A stretch of 64,000 nt of DNA, taken from the NCBI GenBank assembly GCA_039794085.1, contig JBDIWC010000003.1:72152-136151 (forward strand). The letters run 5' to 3'. This document shows positions 1 to 10,162 of this stretch, piece after piece. This DNA comes from Gemmatimonadales bacterium. Its GTDB lineage: Bacteria > Gemmatimonadota > Gemmatimonadetes > Gemmatimonadales > GWC2-71-9. The notes under the pieces were generated by a model. That model was not told the DNA's origin and did no database searches. It was given only the letters and a program-made list of their open reading frames with translations. Position numbers and translations under genes: made by a program. Position 1 is the stretch's first letter. The number at the start of each line of letters is the position of its first letter.

Positions 1-144
1 GCTCACCTCGTCGCGCGTCCGTCCGACCCCGTCAAGCTTCTGGGAACGGGCGAGGCCGCCCGGGCGTACACCGTCTCGGGTGTGGTGTGCTCCGCCGCGG
101 CTCGGGCCAAGATCGAGGCCGCAGGCGGCCGCGTCGAGGCGTAG
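1..144 (+). CDS. rplO: 50S ribosomal protein L15, C-terminal part (truncated by window start)
   Basis: Frame 1 reads ...PVKLLGTGE...SAAARAKIEAAGGRVEA*, the typical L15 C-terminus, directly before secY. Confidence 0.9.
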   Translation, partial: AHLVARPSDPVKLLGTGEAARAYTVSGVVCSAAARAKIEAAGGRVEA

Positions 145-1455
145 GTGACAGCGCCACGGGTTCCCGGCCTCGGGATTGATGAGGAACTGAAGAACAAGAT
201 CCTCTTCACGCTGCTCTGCATTCTGATCTACCGGGTCGGCGCGCACATCGCCGCCCCGGGCGTCAACGTGCCCGCCCTGGCGGCGTTCATCCAGAACTCC
301 GCCGCGTCCGGCTTCTTCGCCCTCTATGACACCCTGGGGGGCGGACTCTCCCGCGCCACGGTGTTCGCGCTGGGCATCATGCCGTACATCTCGGCGTCCA
401 TCATCTTCCAGTTGGCCGGCGGAATGGTGCCGACGGTCAGCAAGATGCAGAAGGACGAGGAGGGGCGGAAGAAGCTCACCCAGTGGACCCGCTACGTCGC
501 GATCTTCATCTCGCTCTCCCAGGCCTACACCTTCACGCTCTTCACCGAGGGGATTCCCGGGGCGATCCCGAATCCCGGGTTCGCGTCGCGGCTGATCATG
601 GTGGTCACACTGACCGCGGGTGCCGTGTTCGTGATGTGGCTCGGCGAACAGATCACCGAACGCGGGATTGGAAACGGGATGAGTCTCCTCATCACCGTGT
701 CGATCCTGGAGCGGATGTGGCCGGGTACCCTGCAGCTTCTCGGATACCTGCGCGACGGTGTCGTTTCCGTGCCGGGAGGAATCCTGTTCGTGGCGGTTCT
801 GGTGGCATCCATGGCGGCCGTGACCGGCATGACGATCGCCTCGCGACGCATCCCGATTCAAATACCCCGCAAGGTGATGGGACGGGGACGCATCCGGGAG
901 GGGCAGAAGACCTTCATCCCGATCCGGCTGATCACCGCCGGCGTGATGCCGATCATCTTTGCCCAGACGATCATCATCGTCCCCAGTACCCTGGCCACCT
1001 TCACCCGGAACCAGATCCTGACCGACATCGCGGGATTCTTCGTGCCGGGCGGACTGTGGTACAACCTCGTCTTCATGGTGATGATCGTCCTCTTCAGCTA
1101 CTTCTACACCTCCATCATCTTCAACTCGGTGGACCTGTCGGAAAATCTGAAGAAGCAGGGCGGATTCATCCCCGGGGTGAAGCCGGGCGCGGCCACGGCG
1201 GACTACATCGACGGCGTGCTGGCCCGTGTCACTCTCCCCGGATCCCTGTTCCTGGCCGTGATTGCGGTGTTCCCGATCCTGGTGTCACAGCAGGTGAACA
1301 TCCAGACCCAGTTCGGCGGGACGTCGATCCTGATCGTGGTGGGCGTGCTGCTCGACACCATCGCTCAGATCGAGCAACACCGGACCCTGCGGAAGTACGA
1401 CAGCTTCATGAAGACGGGGCGGGTCAAGTTTCGGGGTCGCCAGCGCTTCATCTGA
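145..1455 (+). CDS. secY: Preprotein translocase subunit SecY
   Basis: ALGIMPYISASII, WLGEQITERGIGNGMSL and FGGTSILIVVGV motifs; about 10 TM segments; spc-operon position. Confidence 0.98.
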   Translation: MTAPRVPGLGIDEELKNKILFTLLCILIYRVGAHIAAPGVNVPALAAFIQNSAASGFFALYDTLGGGLSRATVFALGIMPYISASIIFQLAGGMVPTVSKMQKDEEGRKKLTQWTRYVAIFISLSQAYTFTLFTEGIPGAIPNPGFASRLIMVVTLTAGAVFVMWLGEQITERGIGNGMSLLITVSILERMWPGTLQLLGYLRDGVVSVPGGILFVAVLVASMAAVTGMTIASRRIPIQIPRKVMGRGRIREGQKTFIPIRLITAGVMPIIFAQTIIIVPSTLATFTRNQILTDIAGFFVPGGLWYNLVFMVMIVLFSYFYTSIIFNSVDLSENLKKQGGFIPGVKPGAATADYIDGVLARVTLPGSLFLAVIAVFPILVSQQVNIQTQFGGTSILIVVGVLLDTIAQIEQHRTLRKYDSFMKTGRVKFRGRQRFI

Positions 1456-1537
1456 CGGGTCCCGAGGAATCAACGGGCGGTGGATGGGATGGTCGCTCGG
1501 CGACGCCCCCATCCACCGCCCCTGTGCGTTTGAGAGG

Positions 1538-2110
1538 ATGGACATCGTGGACATTCTGCTGCTGGGCCCTCCCGGGGCCGGAAAGGGCACCCAGGGCGCC
1601 CTCCTGTCCCGGACACTCGGTCTCCCGAAGTTTGCCACCGGCGACCTGCTTCGGGACGCGGTGCGGCGGGAGACCCCGTTGGGGCGCCAGGCGAAGTCGA
1701 TCATGGAGGCGGGGCACCTGGTCAGCGATGACGTCATTCTCGGCGTCGTGCGCGAGGAGATGGCCAAGCCCGAGGCACAGGGAGGGGTGATCTTCGACGG
1801 GGTGGTGCGGACCATTCCCCAGGCGGAAGGGGTGCGCGACATTCTCGCCGAGCGGGGCCGCGCGATGGACGCGGTTCTCTTCCTCGACGTGTCCGATGAG
1901 GACATCCTGGCCCGACTGCAGCACCGGAGGTCGGTGGAGCAGCGCGCCGATGATGATCCCGCGGCCGTGGCCCGCCGGCTGGCCGCCTACCGGGAGCAGA
2001 CGGCCCCGGTGCTGGAGTGGTACGAGGACCGTGGCCCGGTTCACCGCATTGCCGGTGGCGACACCATTGAACGGATCCAGGAACGGATGCTCCATGCCCT
2101 CGGCCACTGA
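1538..2110 (+). CDS. adk: Adenylate kinase (short-LID type)
   Basis: GPPGAGKGTQ P-loop, TGDLLR, RADD; start set at ATG 1538 after GAGG. Confidence 0.95.
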   Translation: MDIVDILLLGPPGAGKGTQGALLSRTLGLPKFATGDLLRDAVRRETPLGRQAKSIMEAGHLVSDDVILGVVREEMAKPEAQGGVIFDGVVRTIPQAEGVRDILAERGRAMDAVLFLDVSDEDILARLQHRRSVEQRADDDPAAVARRLAAYREQTAPVLEWYEDRGPVHRIAGGDTIERIQERMLHALGH

Positions 2111-2114
2111 CCGG

Positions 2115-2873
2115 ATGATCACCCTCAAGTCGGGGAGGGAGATCGAGATCATGGCCCGGGCCGGGGCGATCGTGGCCGGGACCCTGGCCCACATGCGGGA
2201 CATCTGCGCCCCGGGACTCTCGACCGAGGACCTCGACCGGGCGGCCGAGACCTTCATCCGGAGTCATCCGGGGGCCACGCCGAGCTTCAAGGGTCTCTAC
2301 GGGTTCCCCAAGACCCTCTGCACCTCCATCAATGACGAGATCGTCCACGGGATCCCCTCCCGGAAGCGAGTGCTCCGGGAGGGCGACATTGTCAGCGTGG
2401 ACGCCGGTGTCCACCTCGACGGACTGCACGCCGACAGCGCCACCACGATCCCCGTGGGCACCATCAGTCGGGAGGCCCAGCGGCTTCTCGCGGCGACCGA
2501 GGCCTCCCTCTATTGCGGGATTGACGCAGCCCAGGCGGGCCACCATGTGGGGGACATCGGCCACGCCGTGCAGCAGCGGGCCGAGGCGGAGGGATTCGGC
2601 GTGGTGCGGGAACTGGTGGGCCACGGGATCGGCGCCCGGTTCCACGAGGAGCCCCAGGTGCCGAATCATGGTCGGCCGGGGCGTGGTCCCCGACTTCAGG
2701 TGGGCATGACGATCGCGATCGAGCCGATGATCACGATGGGGAGCTTCACCACGCGCACCCTCAAGGATCGCTGGACGGTCTGCACCAGCGATGGGTCCCT
2801 GTCAGCGCACTTCGAGCATACGGTGGCCATCACCGCCGAGGGGCCGCGGATCCTGACCCGCCTCCCGGAGTAG
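2115..2873 (+). CDS. map: Type I methionine aminopeptidase
   Basis: CTSINDEIVHGIP, GHGIG..FHEEP, AIEPM, SAHFEHT motifs. Confidence 0.97.
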   Translation: MITLKSGREIEIMARAGAIVAGTLAHMRDICAPGLSTEDLDRAAETFIRSHPGATPSFKGLYGFPKTLCTSINDEIVHGIPSRKRVLREGDIVSVDAGVHLDGLHADSATTIPVGTISREAQRLLAATEASLYCGIDAAQAGHHVGDIGHAVQQRAEAEGFGVVRELVGHGIGARFHEEPQVPNHGRPGRGPRLQVGMTIAIEPMITMGSFTTRTLKDRWTVCTSDGSLSAHFEHTVAITAEGPRILTRLPE

Positions 2874-3663
2874 CACCCGGCCCGGCCCGGATCGTGTCCA
2901 GCAACCAGCGGTGGATGATCGGGTTGCCGGCCACCACGGTGCCGTGCCGTGGCGTCCTTCCCTGACCCTGCCCATCGGTGACGACGCCCCCCGCCTCCCG
3001 GATCAGCAGAAGGCCGGCCGCCATGTCCCAGGGCGCCAGGTGCAGCTCCCAGAATCCATCGAAGCGTCCCGCCGCCACGTCGGCCAGGTCGAGTGCGGCG
3101 GAACCAGCCCGGCGGATCCCGCTCGTGGCCAGGAGGACTGATGCGAACTGGCGTTGGTAGGCGTCGAGAGCCTCGGGGTTCTTGAAGGGGAATCCCGTCC
3201 CGATGAGGGCAAACCGGGGATCCCCGACCCGGGACACCAGCAGGGGATGACCGTTTTCCCACGCGCCATGGCCCAGAGCGGCAGTGCATACCCGGTCATC
3301 CCCGGGGCGATGAACAACCCCGGCGAGGACCTCGTCTCCGTCCACGGCGGCGATCGACACGGCCCAGGCGGGATACCGGTGCAGGAAGTTGGTGGTGCCA
3401 TCCAGCGGATCCACGATCCAGTGCAGGCCCGCCGGGCTCTGGTCCGGGGAAAGCTCCTCCCCGAGGACCGGGGCGGAGGATCCGGTGGCCAGCTCCTCCC
3501 GGATCACGGCTTCGGCCTCCCGGTCCACCTCGGTCACGAAATCGCTTCGGCCCTTGAGAGTCCAGCGGGCGGGATCGCCGGGAACCGGAACCGTGCGCAG
3601 GAAGGCGGCGGCGCGGGCGGCAGCCCGGGTGGCCAAGGCCAGTAAGTTCAAGGGAGAGTTCAT
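2830..3663 (-). CDS. suhB: Inositol monophosphatase family protein (SuhB-like)
   Basis: DFVTEVD, WIVDPLDGTTNF, RRAGSAALDL, PWDMAAG; real part is the 3' portion of ORF 2830..4794. Confidence 0.9.
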   Translation of the reverse strand: MNSPLNLLALATRAAARAAAFLRTVPVPGDPARWTLKGRSDFVTEVDREAEAVIREELATGSSAPVLGEELSPDQSPAGLHWIVDPLDGTTNFLHRYPAWAVSIAAVDGDEVLAGVVHRPGDDRVCTAALGHGAWENGHPLLVSRVGDPRFALIGTGFPFKNPEALDAYQRQFASVLLATSGIRRAGSAALDLADVAAGRFDGFWELHLAPWDMAAGLLLIREAGGVVTDGQGQGRTPRHGTVVAGNPIIHRWLLDTIRAGPGATPGGGSGSAAPRR

Positions 3664-3699
3664 CTTGCGGCGATTGTCCCAGGTTGTTAGTTTGATGAG

Positions 3700-4692
3700 A
3701 TGCCTCGGATATTCTCGGGAATTCAGCCGACCGGCGACCTGCATATCGGAAACTGGCTCGGCGCCGTTCAAAACTGGGTCCACCTCCAGGATCAGATGGA
3801 GTGCATCTACTGCATCGTGGACCTGCACTCCCTCACGGGGGGCTACGACGTGCCCACCATGGCCTCGCGGACCCGGGACATGGCCATCGGTCTTCTCGCG
3901 GCCGGGATCGATCCGGAACGCTCCATTCTCTTCGTCCAGTCCCGCGTGGCTGAGCATTCCGAACTGCAGTGGCTCTTCACGACGTTGACGCCGCTGGGCG
4001 AACTGGAGCGCATGACGCAGTTCAAAGATAAGTCGGAACGTCTGGAAAGTGTGCCGGCCGGTCTCCTCGCCTACCCGATTCTTCAGGCGGCGGACATCCT
4101 CCTCTACCGCGCCGATCGGGTGCCGGTGGGGGAGGACCAGCTCCAGCACCTTGAGCTGACCCGCGAGATCGCCCGGAAGTGGAACTCGGCGTTTGCGGAG
4201 ACCGATCCCTTCTTCCCGGAGCCGCAGGCGCTTCTGACGCCCGCGCGGCGGATCCTGGGACTCGACGGCCAGTCCAAGATGTCGAAGAGTCTGGGCAATA
4301 CGATCGGACTTCTCGACCCGCCGGACGTCGTGTGGAACAAGCTCCGTCCCGCCATGACCGATCCGGCCCGGGTCACCCGCCGTGATCCGGGGAATCCGGA
4401 GGTGTGCAACATGTTCACTCTGCACCGATCGTTCTCCCCGCCGGACACGGTGGCGACGGTGGACGCGCAATGCCGGTCCGCGGGATGGGGGTGCCTCGAT
4501 TGCAAGCGTGTGCTGGCCGACGCGATGGAAACGGCGCTGGGACCGATCCGGGCCACGGCCGAGGTTCTGAAGGGTGATCCGGCGTCCGTGGACAGGATAC
4601 TGGAGACGGGCGCGGAGCGGGCCCGGATCCTGGCGCACGAGACGATGGCCGAGGTACGCGATCGCATGGGTTTCTGGCACCCGGAGGTTTGA
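3700..4692 (+). CDS. trpS: Tryptophan--tRNA ligase
   Basis: SGIQPTG, HIGN, YPILQAADIL, VPVGEDQ, KMSKS. Confidence 0.97.
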   Translation: MPRIFSGIQPTGDLHIGNWLGAVQNWVHLQDQMECIYCIVDLHSLTGGYDVPTMASRTRDMAIGLLAAGIDPERSILFVQSRVAEHSELQWLFTTLTPLGELERMTQFKDKSERLESVPAGLLAYPILQAADILLYRADRVPVGEDQLQHLELTREIARKWNSAFAETDPFFPEPQALLTPARRILGLDGQSKMSKSLGNTIGLLDPPDVVWNKLRPAMTDPARVTRRDPGNPEVCNMFTLHRSFSPPDTVATVDAQCRSAGWGCLDCKRVLADAMETALGPIRATAEVLKGDPASVDRILETGAERARILAHETMAEVRDRMGFWHPEV

Positions 4693-4693
4693 G

Positions 4694-5794
4694 ATGGCTG
4701 GCGCATCGATGGAAAAGATCATCAAGGCGGCCGTGGAACGCGGGGCCTCGGACCTGCACATCAAGGCGGGAGACGTGTTTCGCGCCCGGATCAACGGGCA
4801 GTTGGTCCCCCTGACGAAACAGCGACTGACGCCCGATCAGACCCGGGCCATCACCATCCGGCTCCTCGGGTCCGACGAGGCGCGCACGCGTCTGGACCAG
4901 CTGCATGACTTCGACTGCAGTTGGGGAATGCCGGGGGTGGGTCGTTTCCGGGTCAATATCCTCCGGCAGCGCTCCTCCTTCATGATCGTCATGCGGGTGA
5001 TTCCCTTTTCGGTCCCCACGTTCGACTCGCTCCATCTCCCCCCCTCGCTGGGACGCCTGGCCGAAGGCGAACGAGGCCTGGTGCTGGTGACCGGGGTGAG
5101 CGGGAGCGGAAAGAGCTCGACCATCGCCGCGATGGTGCAACACGTCAACCAGAATTCCCAGCGCCACATCGTGACCATCGAGAACCCGATCGAGTTCCTG
5201 CACCGGGATCTGCGAAGCTCGGTGACCCAGCGTGAGGTGGGCGTGGACACCGAGTCGACCGGGGTGGCCCTGCGGGCGGCCCTGCGTCAGGATCCCGATG
5301 TGGTGGTGATCGGGGACCTCCGGGATCCGGCCACGGTGGACATCGCCATCAAGGCCGCGGAAACGGGGCACCTCGTTCTGGCGGCCATGCCCACACCGGA
5401 TGTGCTGACGACGATCGGGCAGATCCTGGCCACCCTGCCGACGGAGGAACGGGACATCGGGCGGGTGCGGTTTTCCGAGGCGCTCCGGGCGATCGTGTCG
5501 CAACAACTGCTGCCCCGGGCCGATGGGGAGGGGCGCATCGTGGCCACGGAGGTGCTGATCGGGGGCGGGACCGTGCGGCAGGCCCTGCGGGACCCGGCGC
5601 GGATCGTCGACCTTCGGGGGATCATGGAGAATGGCGGGGAGCAGGGGATGTGGACCTTCCAGCAATCGGTGGACCAACTGGTGACCGATGGCCTCGTGGA
5701 CCAGGAAACCGCCGATGCCGTCGCGGGAACCGACGAGGAGGACGCCTCCGGAGAAACCCGGGAGCCGCGTCGCCGGCGCCGGGGCCGCGGGTGA
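4694..5794 (+). CDS. PilT/PilU-family type IV pilus ATPase paralog with degenerate motifs
   Basis: ASDLHI, GRFRVN, GSGKSST, ALRQDPDV, AETGHLV; start ATG 4694 or 4709. Confidence 0.88.
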   Translation: MAGASMEKIIKAAVERGASDLHIKAGDVFRARINGQLVPLTKQRLTPDQTRAITIRLLGSDEARTRLDQLHDFDCSWGMPGVGRFRVNILRQRSSFMIVMRVIPFSVPTFDSLHLPPSLGRLAEGERGLVLVTGVSGSGKSSTIAAMVQHVNQNSQRHIVTIENPIEFLHRDLRSSVTQREVGVDTESTGVALRAALRQDPDVVVIGDLRDPATVDIAIKAAETGHLVLAAMPTPDVLTTIGQILATLPTEERDIGRVRFSEALRAIVSQQLLPRADGEGRIVATEVLIGGGTVRQALRDPARIVDLRGIMENGGEQGMWTFQQSVDQLVTDGLVDQETADAVAGTDEEDASGETREPRRRRRGRG

Positions 5795-5893
5795 GGTTGG
5801 TGAATTCCCCCGGCCGGGATATCCTTGCCGGGTATGCAGGCTCACGGCTCCGGAAGCGGAGCCGTTTTCTCGGAAAGGGACCGCGGGGTATCC

Positions 5894-7174
5894 ATGTTTG
5901 ATCAAGATCTGCGTTGTGTCGTCGTGGTCGGAGCCCAATGGGGAGACGAGGGGAAGGGGAAGCTCGTCGATGTCCTGGCCGAGCGTGCCGATGTGGTGGT
6001 GCGCTACCAGGGCGGAGCCAACGCCGGCCATACGGTGGTCACGGAGGACGGCACCTTCGTCCTGCACCAGATCCCCTCCGGGATACTGCACCGCGGGTCG
6101 GAATGCCTGGTGGGGAATGGGGTGGTGCTCGATTCCGAGACCTTCTTCGCCGAACTCGACGCGCTCCATGCCAAGGGAGTCGAGACGGAGGGGCGCCTGT
6201 ACGTCTCGGACCGGGCCCACCTCGTTCTTCCCCTGCACAAGGTGATGGATGCCGCCCGGGAACGGAGCGAGAACATCGGGACCACGGGGCGGGGAATCGG
6301 GCCGGCCTATGAGGACAAGACCGGTCGGCGGGGAATCCGGGTGGGGGATCTCCGCGATCTCGAGGTGGTGGCTCGTGCCGTGGAGGATCGCGTGGAGCGG
6401 GCCAACGCGATCCTCGCCATGCTCGGGGGCACGGACCGGGTATCCGCGGCGGAGCATGTGGCGCTGCTCGCACGCCTTGCTCCCCGTCTGCTCCCCTTGG
6501 CCTGTGACACTGGTCACCGGCTGCATGCCGCCCTGGCCGCTGGCAAGCGGGTGCTTCTCGAAGGGGCCCAGGGGGCACTCCTCGACATCGATCATGGAAC
6601 CTATCCCTACGTGACCTCCTCGAACACGACGGCCGGAGGGGCCGCCGTGGGGGCCGGGATTGGTCCGACGGCGATGGATGGTGTCCTGGGCGTGGTCAAG
6701 GCGTACACGACCCGGGTCGGGAATGGGCCCTTGCCGAGCGCCGCCGACGCGGGGGCGGAGGAGCGCCTGCGCACCCTCGGCGGGGAATTCGGCGCCACGA
6801 CCGGACGCCCTCGGCGGTGCGGGTGGTTCGACGCGATGGTGGTGGCCTACGCGACCCGGGTGAATGGATTGACGGGCCTGGCGGTGACCAAGCTCGACGT
6901 GCTCGACACCTTCCCGGAGATCCCGGTGTGCGTGGGGTATAGCCGTCACGGGTCGCCCGTCGAGGTGTTCCCGTCGGAGGTCGAGGCGCTGGAGGGAGTG
7001 GAGCCGGTCTGGGAAACGCTTCCGGGGTGGCAGGAACCGACCACCGGGGCCCGGCGCATCGCCGATCTGCCCCGAGCGGCGCGGGCCTATCTGGACCGGA
7101 TCGAGGCCCTGTCCGGGGCCCCGATCCGCTATGTGAGCGTCGGGACCCACCGCGACCAGATCATCGCGGTGTAA
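5894..7174 (+). CDS. purA: Adenylosuccinate synthetase
   Basis: GAQWGDEGKGK, GGANAGHT, EGAQG, TTGRPRRCGWFD, TKLDVL. Confidence 0.98.
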   Translation: MFDQDLRCVVVVGAQWGDEGKGKLVDVLAERADVVVRYQGGANAGHTVVTEDGTFVLHQIPSGILHRGSECLVGNGVVLDSETFFAELDALHAKGVETEGRLYVSDRAHLVLPLHKVMDAARERSENIGTTGRGIGPAYEDKTGRRGIRVGDLRDLEVVARAVEDRVERANAILAMLGGTDRVSAAEHVALLARLAPRLLPLACDTGHRLHAALAAGKRVLLEGAQGALLDIDHGTYPYVTSSNTTAGGAAVGAGIGPTAMDGVLGVVKAYTTRVGNGPLPSAADAGAEERLRTLGGEFGATTGRPRRCGWFDAMVVAYATRVNGLTGLAVTKLDVLDTFPEIPVCVGYSRHGSPVEVFPSEVEALEGVEPVWETLPGWQEPTTGARRIADLPRAARAYLDRIEALSGAPIRYVSVGTHRDQIIAV

Positions 7175-7202
7175 TCCCGACAGGAGGGCACGAGAGTTCG
7201 GG

Positions 7203-9005
7203 CTACTGCTGGTAGAGCGTGAACCAGGTGTTGATGTCGAATCCCACCGGGTCCATGGAGTAGAACCGGTTGCGGGAGAAGTGCCCGGTGGTCGGGAAGT
7301 ACGGCGGCGGGTCGGTCAGAGCGCAGGTGTTGTAGGAGTAGCGCTTGACGTTGCCGGTCCCGGCGGTGGTGCCCACGGGCCCGCGAACCGATTGGATGAT
7401 CCCCCCCGTGAGACGGAGGCAGCCCCGGCCCCAGTTGGTGGTCTCGCACTTCTCCTCCTTCTTCGGACCCGTGGTATGATTCTGGACCCCGAACTGGCCG
7501 AGAGCAAGAACCACGGCGTGGATGAATTCATCCTGGTTGCCGGTGGTCCGCATGGTCTTGTAGGTAGTCCCCGCCACGTTGACCGGTGCGTTGAGCAGGT
7601 TGTCCGCCACGGTCACGTTCCCCATGGAAAAGATGCCGACGATGTCGTCACAGACCCCGATCGCGGGGTCGCTGGCCTGACGGAGGTTGTCGGCGAGGAT
7701 GATGTCGTTGGGCGAGGCGATGGTCACCCGTCCGCGCACCGTCCCACTGATGGCCACCTTCCCGTTGACGAAGATGACTCCCTTGAAGTTCGGGTTCAGG
7801 CCACGGGAGAGGGGGTGCAGGTACGGGGCCTCCAGAGGCCGGAGAGCCGCCAGCGCCGGGTCGATGGCCCCTCCCCAGGGCAGCCACGCCCCCCGGGAGG
7901 TGCTCGGCACGAAGCCGTTGGTGAGCACCGGGTCCCCTCCGAGGTAGCATCGGGCGGTGGCATCGTTCAATGAGGCCTGCTTGGCGTGGGTTCCGGGAGG
8001 TGCACTGCCCGGAATGGGAGGATTTGGGTGATCGGCGGTGGCGAGGAAGTCGGGTGCATGGATGCCTTGGGTGTCGCCACAGTTGACGGTGTTGGTGATC
8101 GAGCCGGATGGCCGGGCCGCCGTCACGAATCCCTCCTCGCCTGAGGCGCCTTGATAGATACGGAAGAACCCCTCGTTGTCGTCGGTCACGTCTCCGTCGC
8201 CATTCAGATCGATGGCCACGAACTCGATACGGGTCCGCGCGGTCCCGGCGCCGCCGGTCGTGAAACCCGAGAACGAGGTTCCGCCGAGGCCGGCCTGGGT
8301 CTGCAGCTTGTTCATCGCCGCGATGGTGGGCAGGGGGATGATGGGCACGTTCTCCAGGTACCCCTTGTCGAACGTACCGTTGCCGGGGCTGATCACGCGG
8401 CGCGCGGTGCGCACCTCGTCCCGGAAACGGGCACCCGAGCTGTAGATGCAGATGTCGTCATTGGAATGAACCGGGCCGAAGATCTGGTCGCCTCCGCCAA
8501 AACAGATGCCGGTGTTCTCGTTGTCGGTGAAATAGGCGAACTTGGCGAAGCTCTCCTGATCGATCTCCATCCGGCGCACCATCAGAATGTTGGCGTTGTC
8601 GCTCACGGTGCTGATGACGCTGCCGAAGACCCCGAACTGACCGCTGCTGACCCCGCTCGGGCCGGCGTAGGTGGTGCGGGAGAGGCCGGGAATCACGTTG
8701 CCGGCAGCGTCGAGGACCGCGGCCCCGCTCTCGAGGGTGACGAACCCGGAATCGGGGTAGAGGAGGGGAGTCCCGTTGAGCTGGCTCCGGCCCTCGTCCA
8801 GACCGGACAGGGCGGCGTTTTCCAGGGCGGTCATCCTCTCGCTGTAGCGACGGATCATCGTGGAGTTGGTGGTGACCAGCGCTCCCCCGATGATGAGGGC
8901 GCTCAGGGCAAGCGACACCAAAAGGACGGTGAAGAGCGCGATCCCCTTCGTGTCCCGGAGTGAAGGCACGTGTGCCATGGAAGAGTCTCCCGCGTGGTCT
9001 GTCAT
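7203..9005 (-). CDS. PilX-like N-terminus large pilus/pseudopilus-associated protein
   Basis: KGIALFTVLLV prepilin-like N-terminus lacking Glu5; GPVHSND motif; last gene of the pilin cluster; start may be 8978. Confidence 0.7.
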   Translation of the reverse strand: MTDHAGDSSMAHVPSLRDTKGIALFTVLLVSLALSALIIGGALVTTNSTMIRRYSERMTALENAALSGLDEGRSQLNGTPLLYPDSGFVTLESGAAVLDAAGNVIPGLSRTTYAGPSGVSSGQFGVFGSVISTVSDNANILMVRRMEIDQESFAKFAYFTDNENTGICFGGGDQIFGPVHSNDDICIYSSGARFRDEVRTARRVISPGNGTFDKGYLENVPIIPLPTIAAMNKLQTQAGLGGTSFSGFTTGGAGTARTRIEFVAIDLNGDGDVTDDNEGFFRIYQGASGEEGFVTAARPSGSITNTVNCGDTQGIHAPDFLATADHPNPPIPGSAPPGTHAKQASLNDATARCYLGGDPVLTNGFVPSTSRGAWLPWGGAIDPALAALRPLEAPYLHPLSRGLNPNFKGVIFVNGKVAISGTVRGRVTIASPNDIILADNLRQASDPAIGVCDDIVGIFSMGNVTVADNLLNAPVNVAGTTYKTMRTTGNQDEFIHAVVLALGQFGVQNHTTGPKKEEKCETTNWGRGCLRLTGGIIQSVRGPVGTTAGTGNVKRYSYNTCALTDPPPYFPTTGHFSRNRFYSMDPVGFDINTWFTLYQQ

Positions 9006-10162
9006 GGTATGGACACCACCCCGGACAGGCTCCGGGTGGAAAGGGATGGGGTGCAGTCCTGGGCCTCGAGGGCGTACTCGTAGTCCGTCCCGGAGACGAT
9101 GTTGAGATCCGAGAAAAGATAGGACGCGACGCCGCCGGAGGAGAGTGAGGCGTAGGGATCACCCCAGGCATTGCCCGGGATGCGCCGGTAGATGACGTAT
9201 CGAATGATGTCCTTCTCCCCCGCGGCCTCGTCGATGGCCGGAGCCCAGGTGAGATCCACCGAGGGAGTGGGTCCCGGTATGTATGCGGCCACCAGGGGCT
9301 GGCCGAGCTGCGGCTGGTCGCCGCAGCTTTGAAGCTTTTTCAACCCCATGTTGTGCAGGGGGATGATGGTCTGGATATCGCGGATCCTTTCCGCTGGGCC
9401 CGCCCGCCCATTCGTGATGCGGTAGCGCACTTCCACCGCCCGCAGGTTGTCAATCCGGGCGACCACGCCGGTGTCCGGCAACTGTCCGTGGTTGGGGGCC
9501 GTATGCCGGAGAGGATACCAGGACGTGGGAACCGTGTCGAGAGTCGAATTCCCCACGGCGGGAATCACCAGGTGGTAGTAGCGCAGAAACGTTCCGGCGG
9601 CCGGGAGGAGCACATTGCGGAGCACCGTCTCCTCCCGTTGCCCGTTCACGCCGCGAACCAGGAGAAAGTCATCCGGCCGGGCCGTGGTCGAATCGTCCGT
9701 GAACCAGTAGGTGACCGTCTCCGCCATGCTCCCCGGGTAGACGGCAAGAGGATGGGAAAAGGCGGGGGCCGATCCGGGAACCGTCACCGATCCCACCGCC
9801 GTGAGGGCGGTGACCTGCCCCGCCGGTGCATTCGGGTCGACGTAGATCGCCGAGATATCACCCATCAGGTTGGACACCAGGTCGGCGTTGAAGGCGAAGG
9901 CGCTGGGGCCGGCATAGACCACCGGCGGTTGGCGAGCCTCGGTGTTGGCTCCCGCGGTCCGGAGCTCCTCACTCAGGATGTCCACGCCGAACCGCAGATT
10001 CTGCACGATCCCCATCTCGTCCGCTCCGCGTGCAAATCCGGACGACTGGGTGCTCAGGGCCTTGAGTGTTCCCGCCAGGACAACCAGGAAAACCGTCATC
10101 GAGACGAGCATCTCCACCAGGGTGAGGCCTCGGCGGTTGCGGACACGGGAAGAGTTGGTCAT
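9002..10162 (-). CDS. Prepilin-type minor pilin (PilW-like) with C-terminal FN3-like domain
   Basis: RRGLTLVEMLVSM class III signal; C-terminal VDLTW...YVIYR...FSD..IVSG..YEY pattern. Confidence 0.8.
   Translation of the reverse strand: MTNSSRVRNRRGLTLVEMLVSMTVFLVVLAGTLKALSTQSSGFARGADEMGIVQNLRFGVDILSEELRTAGANTEARQPPVVYAGPSAFAFNADLVSNLMGDISAIYVDPNAPAGQVTALTAVGSVTVPGSAPAFSHPLAVYPGSMAETVTYWFTDDSTTARPDDFLLVRGVNGQREETVLRNVLLPAAGTFLRYYHLVIPAVGNSTLDTVPTSWYPLRHTAPNHGQLPDTGVVARIDNLRAVEVRYRITNGRAGPAERIRDIQTIIPLHNMGLKKLQSCGDQPQLGQPLVAAYIPGPTPSVDLTWAPAIDEAAGEKDIIRYVIYRRIPGNAWGDPYASLSSGGVASYLFSDLNIVSGTDYEYALEAQDCTPSLSTRSLSGVVSIP

Noticed and set aside
4415..7150. 911-aa minus-strand ORF
   Set aside because: Antisense shadow of trpS, the PilT paralog and purA.
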